Source: a bacterium (lineage in GTDB: Bacteria > Patescibacteriota > Minisyncoccia > Phycocordibacterales > UBA918). Taken from it: a stretch of 64,000 nt of DNA. The DNA lies in the NCBI GenBank assembly GCA_043719295.1, contig JAYSUD010000007.1, positions 891-64,890 of the forward strand, given 5' to 3'. This document shows positions 19,702 to 29,444 of the stretch, piece by piece. Position numbers and translations under genes: made by a program. A model generated the notes under the pieces. It did no database searches. It was not told the origin of the DNA and worked only from the letters and a program-made list of their open reading frames with translations. How positions within the stretch are numbered: the first letter of the stretch is position 1; each line of letters opens with the position of its first letter.

Positions 19702-20166
19702 ATGAAAAATACATTAATTATAGGGGCTGTGGTGATCGTGGTTTTGGCCAGTCTATTATTTATGATTAAACCTAAGGAAACTACAACTATCCCAGTTGTT
19801 ACCCCTCCAAACACACAGGAACAAACTGAGGAAAACGTAAATACTGAAAATGGCCGTATTGGAAATCCGGGAACACCGACAGTTCCAACAGGCAAATTAA
19901 AAGCAGACACATTTACAGGAAAACTTGAAAAAGTTGATGTTGGTTGTTTTGCAGATGGTGAATGTTACGTTGAAGTTGATGGAAAACACATCACAGCAAT
20001 CATGGGTTGGAGCCAGGAGACTGTAGGAAGTATCATCGGAGTTGAAGGGTTTGGAGATCTTGAAAAGTATATTGGAAAAAAAGTTGAAGTATATGCACAA
20101 GACAATAGTGACGGAACATACACACTCTACGGAAGTGAAGGATTCTATATCAAGGTGTTAGAATAG
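19702..20166 (+). CDS. Hypothetical membrane-anchored protein
   Basis: N-terminal TM, CFADGEC; TATACT 8 nt before ATG. Confidence 0.7.
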   Translation: MKNTLIIGAVVIVVLASLLFMIKPKETTTIPVVTPPNTQEQTEENVNTENGRIGNPGTPTVPTGKLKADTFTGKLEKVDVGCFADGECYVEVDGKHITAIMGWSQETVGSIIGVEGFGDLEKYIGKKVEVYAQDNSDGTYTLYGSEGFYIKVLE

Positions 20167-20171
20167 AAAAG

Positions 20172-20543
20172 ATGAACCCAGTGCAGGAAAAATTAATAGA
20201 AAAAGTCCTCCGTATTGGAGTGGCTTTTTCTTTTATCTACCCACCAATTTCTGCTTTCTTTAACCCATACGCATGGGTAGGATACTTCCCTTCATTCCTA
20301 ACTAATTTGAGCTTCATTGATAGTCTGGCACTCTTGCACATCTTTGGTGTCATAGAGCTCTGTATTGGTATTTGGATTATATTTGGAAAACGAATTTTTA
20401 TTCCATCGCTCCTTGCCTCAGTATTTCTTTTTGCAATTATCATATTCAACTTGGCACAAATTGACGTACTGTTCCGTGATATCCCAATCCTCCTTATGGC
20501 ATTACTACTATGCATAATCGACACACAGAAAAAAAGTCTATAG
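20172..20543 (+). CDS. DoxX-like membrane protein
   Basis: LRIGVAF, GVIEL.IG, LFRDI motifs; hydrophobic. Confidence 0.7.
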   Translation: MNPVQEKLIEKVLRIGVAFSFIYPPISAFFNPYAWVGYFPSFLTNLSFIDSLALLHIFGVIELCIGIWIIFGKRIFIPSLLASVFLFAIIIFNLAQIDVLFRDIPILLMALLLCIIDTQKKSL

Positions 20544-20554
20544 AGTATGTTCAA

Positions 20555-20573
20555 AAGTCCGAGGTCGGACCTC
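20555..20573. repeat. Second, truncated copy of the REP-like palindrome (AAGTCCGAGGTC-G-GACCTC)
   Basis: Identical 12-bp left arm to 11913; complementary central base indicates inverted orientation. Confidence 0.7.
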
Positions 20574-20702
20574 CTCACATGCCAAGACAGCGGAAGTTGT
20601 ACATAACGCAACTTCCTCTGTTTTGTTGATGGTCATTAATATTTTTTGACGATATAAAAAGGCCTGACTGTTGGATCCGGCCTATCTCCTGTTTTCTACA
20701 GC

Positions 20703-21007
20703 TCATGCGATGGCAAGCACAGAGGCGAGAGCCTCAAGCCCATCCCGACGCATTTTTGAAGTTCCACCGCCCAAGACTGCCAAAGGAAATACAACCTCGA
20801 TCCAGTCGTGCCGTGCCGCGCCCATACCGAATTGATAAAAGTTCACGCTCTTTGGCTGAGGGTAGTTTCTCGAACAAAGGAAGTTCGTCACAGCATTTGC
20901 GACCCCTTCAGCTTTAAGGTCGAATTTGCAGTACCTGTCATTTTGACACCTTCTTTATTCGGCCTAATCGCCCATCGACGCGGACTGATATTTCTCACCT
21001 CAATCAT
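20703..21007 (-). pseudogene. Probable frameshifted orphan gene (about 101 aa if repaired)
   Basis: AGGGAG-led ATG at 21007 gives 39 aa; the -1 frame is open from about 20953 to the stop at 20703; adding one A to the A4 run in GTCAAAATG joins them. Confidence 0.45.
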
Positions 21008-21146
21008 CTGTGCTTACTCCCTAAACCCATCAGTCAGCACAATTGCTGTTGATCGGATTGTGCGAGTAGTAAAGCAAATTGGTGAAAAAACGCAAATTGA
21101 AAGTGCAAAGTATAACCTCGAACGTTTTGTATTGTGGTATATACTT

Positions 21147-21356
21147 ATGAACATGGATAATGAAATACGTGAACGCCTTGAAGCGCAAGATTTAAAACTT
21201 GATGCAATTTATGTATCGGTAGAAAAAACAAGAAAATATTTTCAAATAATACTCTGGGGTACACTCGCCACTGTTGTTGTACCACTTATAGGGCTACTTA
21301 TTGGTATTCCAATCTTCCTCAATTCGTATATGAGCCAGATGGAAGGGTTACTTTAA
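21147..21356 (+). CDS. Small membrane protein
   Basis: MNMDNEIRERLEAQDLKLDAIYVSVEKTRKYF plus TM; probable true start inside the longer ORF 20808-21356. Confidence 0.75.
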   Translation: MNMDNEIRERLEAQDLKLDAIYVSVEKTRKYFQIILWGTLATVVVPLIGLLIGIPIFLNSYMSQMEGLL

Positions 21357-21376
21357 AAATTGAATTGGTAAACATC

Positions 21377-21404
21377 AAAAAACTGACACCCTGTGTCAGT
21401 TTTT
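21377..21404. terminator. Bidirectional intrinsic terminator
   Basis: AAAAACTGACAC-CCT-GTGTCAGTTTTT. Confidence 0.75.
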
Positions 21405-21410
21405 TGATAA

Positions 21411-22310
21411 TTACACATCCATCTCGCGTAAAATCTTGATACGGTCTTGAGCCGGTGGGTGTGTTTGGAAGAGGCTTGAGATTTTTTGCATGATACCTCG
21501 TTTGTCATTTCCAAATGGGTCTGCGATAAATAAGTGTGCAGTAGCGTTATTTGCACGAACCATTGGACGTGATGACGCTGCAATTTTTTCAAGCGCCGAT
21601 GCTAAGCCCTCTGGATAACGGGTCAACATTGCTCCCGACACGTCAGCTAAGTACTCACGCTTTCGTGATATAGCAAGCTGAATCATTTGTGCTGCAATAG
21701 GTGCCAAAATAATCCCTATAACTCCAAGGACCAAGAGGACCACACCTGCTTTATTATCTCTATCCCCTCCTCCCCACATCATTGAACGCATGAGCATGTC
21801 CGCTACAATTGCGACAAATCCTGCAAGCACAACAGCAACTGTAGAAACAAGCATATCTTTATTACCAACGTGTGCAAGTTCGTGAGCCATCACACCTTCT
21901 AACTCAACTCTATTGAGAATCTGTAGCAAACCAGTTGTGGCACACACTACCGCATGCTCAGGATTACGTCCTGTTGCAAAGGCATTTGGCGCAGGATCGT
22001 TCACGACATACACCTTGGGCATCGGTAGCCCGGCTGTAATAGAAAGATTTTCAACAATGTTGATGAGATCACGATGAATGTTGATGTCAGCAGGAACGGC
22101 TCCAGTCATTTTCAATACAAGTTTATCAGAAAACCAATAGCTACCCACATTCATTAATAGTGAAAACACTATCGCAATATACATAATCGACGGATTGCCA
22201 TAAATGGCACTTGCAATGTACCCAATTACCACTATAATCACAAAAAACATCGACATTAACAGCCATGTTTTTCGAATATTACTCCCCTGATGTGTATATA
22301 AAGTTCCCAT
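21411..22310 (-). CDS. htpX: M48 zinc metalloprotease HtpX
   Basis: PNAFATGRNP, HELAH, SRKREYLAD, THPP. Confidence 0.95.
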   Translation of the reverse strand: MGTLYTHQGSNIRKTWLLMSMFFVIIVVIGYIASAIYGNPSIMYIAIVFSLLMNVGSYWFSDKLVLKMTGAVPADINIHRDLINIVENLSITAGLPMPKVYVVNDPAPNAFATGRNPEHAVVCATTGLLQILNRVELEGVMAHELAHVGNKDMLVSTVAVVLAGFVAIVADMLMRSMMWGGGDRDNKAGVVLLVLGVIGIILAPIAAQMIQLAISRKREYLADVSGAMLTRYPEGLASALEKIAASSRPMVRANNATAHLFIADPFGNDKRGIMQKISSLFQTHPPAQDRIKILREMDV

Positions 22311-22363
22311 ATATGTTCAGTATACAATACTTCATCTTTTTTAAAAAACAGCTGTACAGGTAA

Positions 22364-24067
22364 CTACCAAGAACCTCCACCACCTCCGCCTCCACCCCCT
22401 CCTGAAGACCCTCCGCCACTACTACCGCTCACTCCCGAAGAAGCTGCGAACGAACTTGAAAATGTACCAATATCACTTGCAAATGAAGTTGCAGAAAAAG
22501 CACCGACGGCTCCACCCTCATACCAAGAAGGGTTTGGAATAGTAATTCCTTCAAATACTTTGGACCATTCTTTTTCTACACCAAACGCAATTGCATACGG
22601 TAGATACTCCATAAATTGTTCTGGACTCTTCTCTGGCGCATTAAAAAACTTGTATCGCTCTTTTTCAGTTACAGAAAGAAAAAGTTTAAAGCCTTTGAGG
22701 TAGTTTAATGTTTCGTACCCTTTTCCAGTACGACGTTCATACATAAATAATAACCCAACAAAAATACAAACTAGGATAAAAATACTAAAGAAAAATATTT
22801 CTGCAGGTACTACCGTAACTATTTCTGCTGTTGCAAAGAAGGATACTAGAGCGATACCTCCGAATAATAGAATCAAAATCTGAACCCACATTCTACTCAG
22901 TTGAAAATAACCTTCTTGATACAAATCAGCCTTAATGTCTTTGCGTAGTTTCGCTAAAAGTACTGCATTTTCTGCTTGTCGCGCTGAATCAGTTTTCAGG
23001 GTAGTGAGTGTAACAATTGAACCAATTTCTGCTTCTTCAGGAAATAGGACTGATAAAATTGTACTAAGGAATGGATTATCCATTTCTTTTTGGAGACGTG
23101 TGAGCTCAAAAATATAGTCACTTGTATCAAAAATTAATAACACTTTTAGCTCTACTTTCTGTATCTTTATAAAGCCTTGTTGTGCGAGGTATATAATGCC
23201 TGCAGTAATATCACGAGCATCAAGTTTTCCATCAAACACTAAGCCTGTATACATAGGTAATACACTTTCATATGGATGGTACTGTGCAACTACTGTTCTA
23301 CGTAACTTGAAGTGAGTACGATATCTGTATGCAGAGATGCCTATAACAAGTACGCATAAAATTCCAAGAACATACCCAATCCAGTTACTTCTAACTTCTT
23401 CATTGATTAATACTGCAACTTGATCTGCGTTTAGTTCTTGCGCAACAGTAAGTCCTGTACCTGGAGTGAGTAGCCCTGTTGTAAACGTACTGCTTGTGGC
23501 AGTTTGTGTATCCATGGTACACCGCGTTGTATCACCATACACGCCCTGATAACAGGTGCGAGTTTCTTTAAGTAATTGCCCTGTTGAATCGGTAACAATC
23601 GCGTTTGCCTTTTCAATTGGTACAAGCCAGTTGTTGCCTGTTACGTTGTAGTACAGCTCTGACCCCTGTTTGCCATACGAAAGCGCTCCATTCAGTTTGA
23701 AACGGAGTGTATACGTGTGTACACCAGATATCGTAACATCGGCACTTCCAATTTTTACCTCAACTTCAGTTCTTTTATCAGTAATTTGATATGGTTCATC
23801 CACACCATCTTTTAAAACCTCGAGGACCTCAATTGCGATAGATCTCTTCTTGTACCATACGGTATTTTTTTGTGGATGTTGTTCTTGAAGTGTGCGGTAT
23901 ATCCCGTGTCTTTCTGTTGCTCCGAAATCATACGTAATTGTTTCTGTAACCACCACCGTTCCATCTTCTTGCACATCAAGGACAGCAGAAAAGTCTGATA
24001 TTTGTTCAGCATGCGCAACTCCAGCTAGGCAGAAGAGTAAGGCAAAACAAAAAACAAGTTTGTACAT
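22364..24067 (-). CDS. DUF2207 membrane protein
   Basis: Signal peptide, VTETITYDF...HGIYR, YLPYAIAFGV, Gly-rich GGGGSW end; start trimmed to MYKLVF. Confidence 0.88.
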   Translation of the reverse strand: MYKLVFCFALLFCLAGVAHAEQISDFSAVLDVQEDGTVVVTETITYDFGATERHGIYRTLQEQHPQKNTVWYKKRSIAIEVLEVLKDGVDEPYQITDKRTEVEVKIGSADVTISGVHTYTLRFKLNGALSYGKQGSELYYNVTGNNWLVPIEKANAIVTDSTGQLLKETRTCYQGVYGDTTRCTMDTQTATSSTFTTGLLTPGTGLTVAQELNADQVAVLINEEVRSNWIGYVLGILCVLVIGISAYRYRTHFKLRRTVVAQYHPYESVLPMYTGLVFDGKLDARDITAGIIYLAQQGFIKIQKVELKVLLIFDTSDYIFELTRLQKEMDNPFLSTILSVLFPEEAEIGSIVTLTTLKTDSARQAENAVLLAKLRKDIKADLYQEGYFQLSRMWVQILILLFGGIALVSFFATAEIVTVVPAEIFFFSIFILVCIFVGLLFMYERRTGKGYETLNYLKGFKLFLSVTEKERYKFFNAPEKSPEQFMEYLPYAIAFGVEKEWSKVFEGITIPNPSWYEGGAVGAFSATSFASDIGTFSSSFAASSGVSGSSGGGSSGGGGGGGGGGSW

Positions 24068-24075
24068 AGAATTAA

Positions 24076-24199
24076 TAGAACTTTTAGAAACGTGTACAAT
24101 TCGAGGCGTGCAAGTTAAATATGACGAGGTGTACGCATAGTACATAGAGGAATATTTTACGCAGCACAACGAAGAAGTGTGCCGTTTGTGGAAGTTCTA
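24076..24199 (+). repeat. Structured palindromic element E2 (core type)
   Basis: TAGAACTTTTAGAAACG / CGTTTGTGGAAGTTCTA; TTCGAGGC, AACGAAGAAGTGTGCC. Confidence 0.9.
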
Positions 24200-24201
24200 A
24201 C

Positions 24202-24579
24202 TTATTTCAAAATCCCCTGCGGTGTCTCATTACTCTTATACGCTCCATCTTCAGACCAAGAAAGAAAGTGACGCTTTGTATAAAATCCTTTTGCTGTGAC
24301 ATTTTCTGTCATTGCATTTTTGATATCTGCCTCACTAAATTCAAGTTGTTTGGTCAATGCATCAAGAACCACCATTAAGTCGGCATATTCTTGAAGGAAC
24401 TCCTCTCTTGAACGAGTGTGTGCAAGAGAACTTGCTTCTTCTCGTACTTTCTTTAGAAGTTCCTGTTGAAATTCTGCATCATCAGTAATCACCCGAATCT
24501 CGCACGCTTCACCTTTAGATTCAATTCGTTCCTTAATATCGTCTCTAACTAATTTATTATAGTAGACTCGATTTGTCAT
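24202..24579 (-). CDS. MazG-like nucleoside triphosphate pyrophosphohydrolase
   Basis: YNKLVRD.I, LLKKVREEA, EYADL. Confidence 0.8.
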   Translation of the reverse strand: MTNRVYYNKLVRDDIKERIESKGEACEIRVITDDAEFQQELLKKVREEASSLAHTRSREEFLQEYADLMVVLDALTKQLEFSEADIKNAMTENVTAKGFYTKRHFLSWSEDGAYKSNETPQGILK

Positions 24580-24590
24580 AGAAAAGTTGA

Positions 24591-25175
24591 TTAAAAACTA
24601 ACTTTCACCGGTTCCCGTTGTTCACTTCCTGCCTCTAGTTCGAAGAATTTTTCTTCTTTAAAGCCAAACATATTCCCAATAACGTTACCAGGGAATGACT
24701 GAAGACCGATAGCAAGATCACGAACGTTACCGTTGTAGAATCGACGTGATGCTTGGATTTTGTTTTCAGTGTCAGAAAGCTCTGTTTGCAACTGTGCGAA
24801 GTTTTGGTTTGCCTTCAAGTCAGGATACGCTTCAGCAATTGCCATAAGCTTACCAAGTGAAGCGCCAAGTGCCTGTTCTGCTCCTGCCATAGCCGCAATT
24901 TGTTCTGCAGTTATGTTTGAAGGATCAACGTGTACTTGCGTTGCTTTTGCCCGCGCATTAGTGACCGAATCAAGCGCTTCACGTTCGTGTGAGGCATATC
25001 CTTTCACTGTTTCGATAAGGTTTGGAATAAGGTCATATCGTCGCTTCAATTGCACATCAATATCTGCCCACGCTTCTTTAGTATTTTGAGTGAGCTTTAC
25101 AAAGTTGTTGTACATCCACACAAACCACACTACTAAAACCCCTGCTACAATCAATACAATAAGTCCTGTGCTCAT
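24591..25175 (-). CDS. lemA: LemA family protein
   Basis: AWADIDVQLKRRYDLIPNL, EAYPDLKAN, SRRFYN. Confidence 0.95.
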   Translation of the reverse strand: MSTGLIVLIVAGVLVVWFVWMYNNFVKLTQNTKEAWADIDVQLKRRYDLIPNLIETVKGYASHEREALDSVTNARAKATQVHVDPSNITAEQIAAMAGAEQALGASLGKLMAIAEAYPDLKANQNFAQLQTELSDTENKIQASRRFYNGNVRDLAIGLQSFPGNVIGNMFGFKEEKFFELEAGSEQREPVKVSF

Positions 25176-25348
25176 AAAATTTAAAATCCTAGTTGTTAAC
25201 TAACCCTCAAATTGTACCATAATTAGATTGAAGTCAAGATGTCAACTAGGAGACAGCACCTAGACAACTATGTTTAGTATGGTTACTATGTGCTATAGAT
25301 ATCCCTGCTCTTTATAACAGGGTTAACTCAACAACATAGGGGGCGACA

Positions 25349-26023
25349 ATGAGCAATAGTGAAGTAGGACGTGTAGAAGAACTGACTCTGATAACACGTA
25401 ACACAGATCTAGCAAAAAGATTTGAATTGCAAGTCGAGACTGAAAACATCAAAGCTTGCAAAGTGAGTGGAATCATACCAGACAAAACATATCAAGGATG
25501 CATCATCTTAGGTCATGACCTTGTTATGCAGTACTTAGACCGTAAACAAACTCTGATTAATGCAAACCGTATTGTTGTCTATCACGAACAGGGTACACCT
25601 GATGATGAGATTAATTTCATAGATTTACCATTTGGCTGCTACGTACGAGGACAACTCTCCTGCCGTTTGCTGGAGATTCGTTTGAGAAACATTCTAAAAA
25701 ACATAGTCACTAGTGATTCTGCTATAGAAGATGCCTTTCTTACTTGTAATGGGTTCAGCTTTTATCCAGAACGTGCAAAGCTTTACTTTAAGGATGGAGA
25801 GATTGCTCTAACTGTCAAAGAAATAGGTGTTCTTCGTCTCTTGATGTCATCGAAAGGAGCTATTATCAGTCGCGATCGGTTCTTAGATGCGATATATCCA
25901 GATGACAACATCTTACCTCGGACAGTCGACTGTATAATAAAAAAGCTGCGTGCCAAAATACGCAAAATTAGTGATGTCGAACATATTGAGACAATCTATG
26001 GCATAGGATATAGAATGGAATAG
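25349..26023 (+). CDS. OmpR/PhoB-type winged-helix regulator with degenerate receiver domain
   Basis: LTVKE..VL.LL, RTVD..I.KLR.KI, IETIYGIGYR. Confidence 0.75.
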   Translation: MSNSEVGRVEELTLITRNTDLAKRFELQVETENIKACKVSGIIPDKTYQGCIILGHDLVMQYLDRKQTLINANRIVVYHEQGTPDDEINFIDLPFGCYVRGQLSCRLLEIRLRNILKNIVTSDSAIEDAFLTCNGFSFYPERAKLYFKDGEIALTVKEIGVLRLLMSSKGAIISRDRFLDAIYPDDNILPRTVDCIIKKLRAKIRKISDVEHIETIYGIGYRME

Positions 26024-26051
26024 TTCATCTCTCTATCGTTAAGGTCAAACA

Positions 26052-26090
26052 ACCGCCATGCCGAATCACTTCGGCATGGCGGGTTTACTT
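26052..26090 (+). terminator. Intrinsic terminator
   Basis: CCGCCATGCCGAA-TCAC-TTCGGCATGGCGG then T-rich run. Confidence 0.8.
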
Positions 26091-26128
26091 TATACAGATT
26101 TTTTTAATTACACGATATTGATTTTCAT

Positions 26129-26168
26129 ATTAAAAAAGAACAATACTCGTGTATTGTTCTTTTTTAAT
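26129..26168. terminator. 18-bp perfect inverted repeat, probable groEL terminator
   Basis: ATTAAAAAAGAACAATAC-TCGT-GTATTGTTCTTTTTTAAT. Confidence 0.7.
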
Positions 26169-26177
26169 CTTTTATAC

Positions 26178-26304
26178 AATAAAAGCTCATAAATCGAAGT
26201 GGGTACGAGGCGCACAAAGAAATTTTTACGAACCCTACATGCTGTAGGTCGAGTGAAAATTTACTGCAGCACAACGAAGTAACCGACCGATTTTAAGTTT
26301 TTAT

Positions 26305-26305
<1 letters not shown>
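26178..26305 (+). repeat. Structured palindromic element E3 (core type, divergent outer stem) at groEL stop
   Basis: AATAAAAGCT..AAATCG / CGATTT..AGTTTTTATT; CGAGGC, AAAGAAATTTTTACGA, CCTAC-ATGCT-GTAGG, CAACGAAG. Confidence 0.85.
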
Positions 26306-27957
<1,652 letters not shown>

Positions 27958-27962
27958 TTATG

Positions 27963-28057
27963 AGCTTGCGAATTTAGAAAATATGGTCCGCCTTTTGTTT
28001 CAAACAATCCTTTGTTTGAAACATTCGGCGGGACTCTCTATCTTTAGTCCGCAAACT
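27963..28057 (-). repeat. About 95-nt imperfect hairpin between groES and groEL
   Basis: Minus strand AGTTTGCGGA..CCGCC..TGTTTCAAACAA-AGGA-TTGTTTGAAACA..GGCGG..TTCGCAAGCT. Confidence 0.75.
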
Positions 28058-28087
28058 AAAATTACATTAATAAATTATAATAAACAT

Positions 28088-28399
28088 CTACCCCAACACC
28101 GCCAAGATACTCGATTCTGAAACGATAAAAAAGACTTCTTCGTCAACTTTTACTTCATCATAGCCGTACTTTGAAAAGAAAACTCGGTCACCTGCTTTCA
28201 CTTCCATAGGAATCCGCTTAACGCCATCTTCGTCCCATTTTCCAGCTCCAACAGACACAATGATTCCCTGTTCTGGTTTTTCCTTGCTCACTGAATCGGG
28301 AATAATAATGCCTGAGTGCGATACCGTCCCTGCTTCAACGTCGGTAAGCCGTCGTACCACACATCGATCAGCTAACGGTTTGATGTTAATTTCTGACAT
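28088..28399 (-). CDS. groES: Co-chaperonin GroES
   Basis: IKPLADR, SGIIIPD...EKP, VKAGDRV.FSKY. Confidence 0.96.
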   Translation of the reverse strand: MSEINIKPLADRCVVRRLTDVEAGTVSHSGIIIPDSVSKEKPEQGIIVSVGAGKWDEDGVKRIPMEVKAGDRVFFSKYGYDEVKVDEEVFFIVSESSILAVLG

Positions 28400-28512
28400 A
28401 TTTTAATTAATATTGAATAATTTTTTTTCAAAGCATGCACACATAAAAACGTGCGCCCGCCATTCCATAATTTCATCCCAAACTACATTATTACGTGCAG
28501 TCTTGGACTGAT

Positions 28513-28540
28513 AGTATACGTCAGCTAGAAAGGCTGTCAA
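28513..28540 (-). promoter_or_regulatory. groES promoter TTGACA-N16-TATACT
   Basis: Near-consensus hexamers about 110 nt upstream of groES. Confidence 0.7.
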
Positions 28541-28606
28541 AAATTCTCTTTCTATGATTAAATTACGAGCAAGGTACCCACAAGAAATAAATTATGGGAG
28601 GACTAG

Positions 28607-29011
28607 ATGGTTTATGTTCATACAAAACCAAACGAACTGAGAATCTTCGGAACAGTAGTTTTAGTTCATATTCCTAAACCAAAAATTGGTTGGGTTGGAA
28701 TATGGGTACAGGGCCACGAGTTCTTCACACAATACAACTTCAACACTGCACATCTACCAGAAGGGTTTAGACAACCAACTGGTCCAAGACTATCGATTCA
28801 TCTATTTGTTGATGAAGTTGATAGACCAACTCGACTATATATTGCTGGCCAGACTATTTGGCATCGAGGAGAAGGAGCGTCAGATTATGTAGGAGTAATC
28901 ACACCTGGTCCTGTTTATATATCAAGAGCTACACAAACCGATTCAGGGAGTTCTCGTTGGGGAATTGCACAAAAAAGAGAACGTCCGATAAAAAACCCAA
29001 ACTTTATTTAA
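28607..29011 (+). CDS. Orphan hypothetical protein (stand-alone, SD-led)
   Basis: 134 aa, GGGAGG before ATG, GGCCGCGA...TCGCGGCC terminator at 29019-29041. Confidence 0.65.
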   Translation: MVYVHTKPNELRIFGTVVLVHIPKPKIGWVGIWVQGHEFFTQYNFNTAHLPEGFRQPTGPRLSIHLFVDEVDRPTRLYIAGQTIWHRGEGASDYVGVITPGPVYISRATQTDSGSSRWGIAQKRERPIKNPNFI

Positions 29012-29122
29012 ACAAAACTGGCCGCGACATAACTCGCGGCCTTGTTGTTTTAAAATAAGACCTATGAGATTCACAACAGCAATCTTGCAACAGGACACAA
29101 TCTCTGCTACATTAGTACTCAC

Positions 29123-29365
29123 ATGGAATTTATACAGTCTGTAGTGCTTCCCGTACTGCCATACGTACAAATAATTCTCTCTGTCTTTCTAACAGCAGCA
29201 ATCCTGCTACAGCAACGCGGATCGAGTCTTGGTGGCGCATTTGGAAGCGATAACTTTAGTTCAACATTTCACAAACGACGTGGTAGTGAGCTTTTCCTAT
29301 TCCGATTTACTCTCGTGACCGCAATTTTGTTTGTCCTATCTGCACTTATTACTGTTGTCTTCTAA
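29123..29365 (+). CDS. secG: Preprotein translocase subunit SecG
   Basis: ILLQQRGSSLGGAFG, two TM, RRG.E..L. Confidence 0.9.
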   Translation: MEFIQSVVLPVLPYVQIILSVFLTAAILLQQRGSSLGGAFGSDNFSSTFHKRRGSELFLFRFTLVTAILFVLSALITVVF

Positions 29366-29444
29366 ACTACAAAAGAAGGCTGTATCCATAATCTGAACCG
29401 ACACTTTTAACGTAGTGTTTCTATTAACTTTTTAGGGGGTATCT

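Noticed and set aside
20808-21146. 5' part of the 182-aa ORF 20808-21356
   Set aside because: It overlaps an SD-led minus-strand ORF and promoter-like DNA; a better start is ATG 21147.
22367-22440. CCN-rich simple repeats here and at 6775-6800 and 58170-58210
   Set aside because: They encode Gly/Ser linkers inside proteins.
24068-24169. N-terminal extension of the DUF2207 ORF
   Set aside because: It reads through element E2; the signal peptide begins at ATG 24067.
28400-28560. CIRCE operator upstream of groES
   Set aside because: No TTAGCACTC-N9-GAGTGCTAA match.
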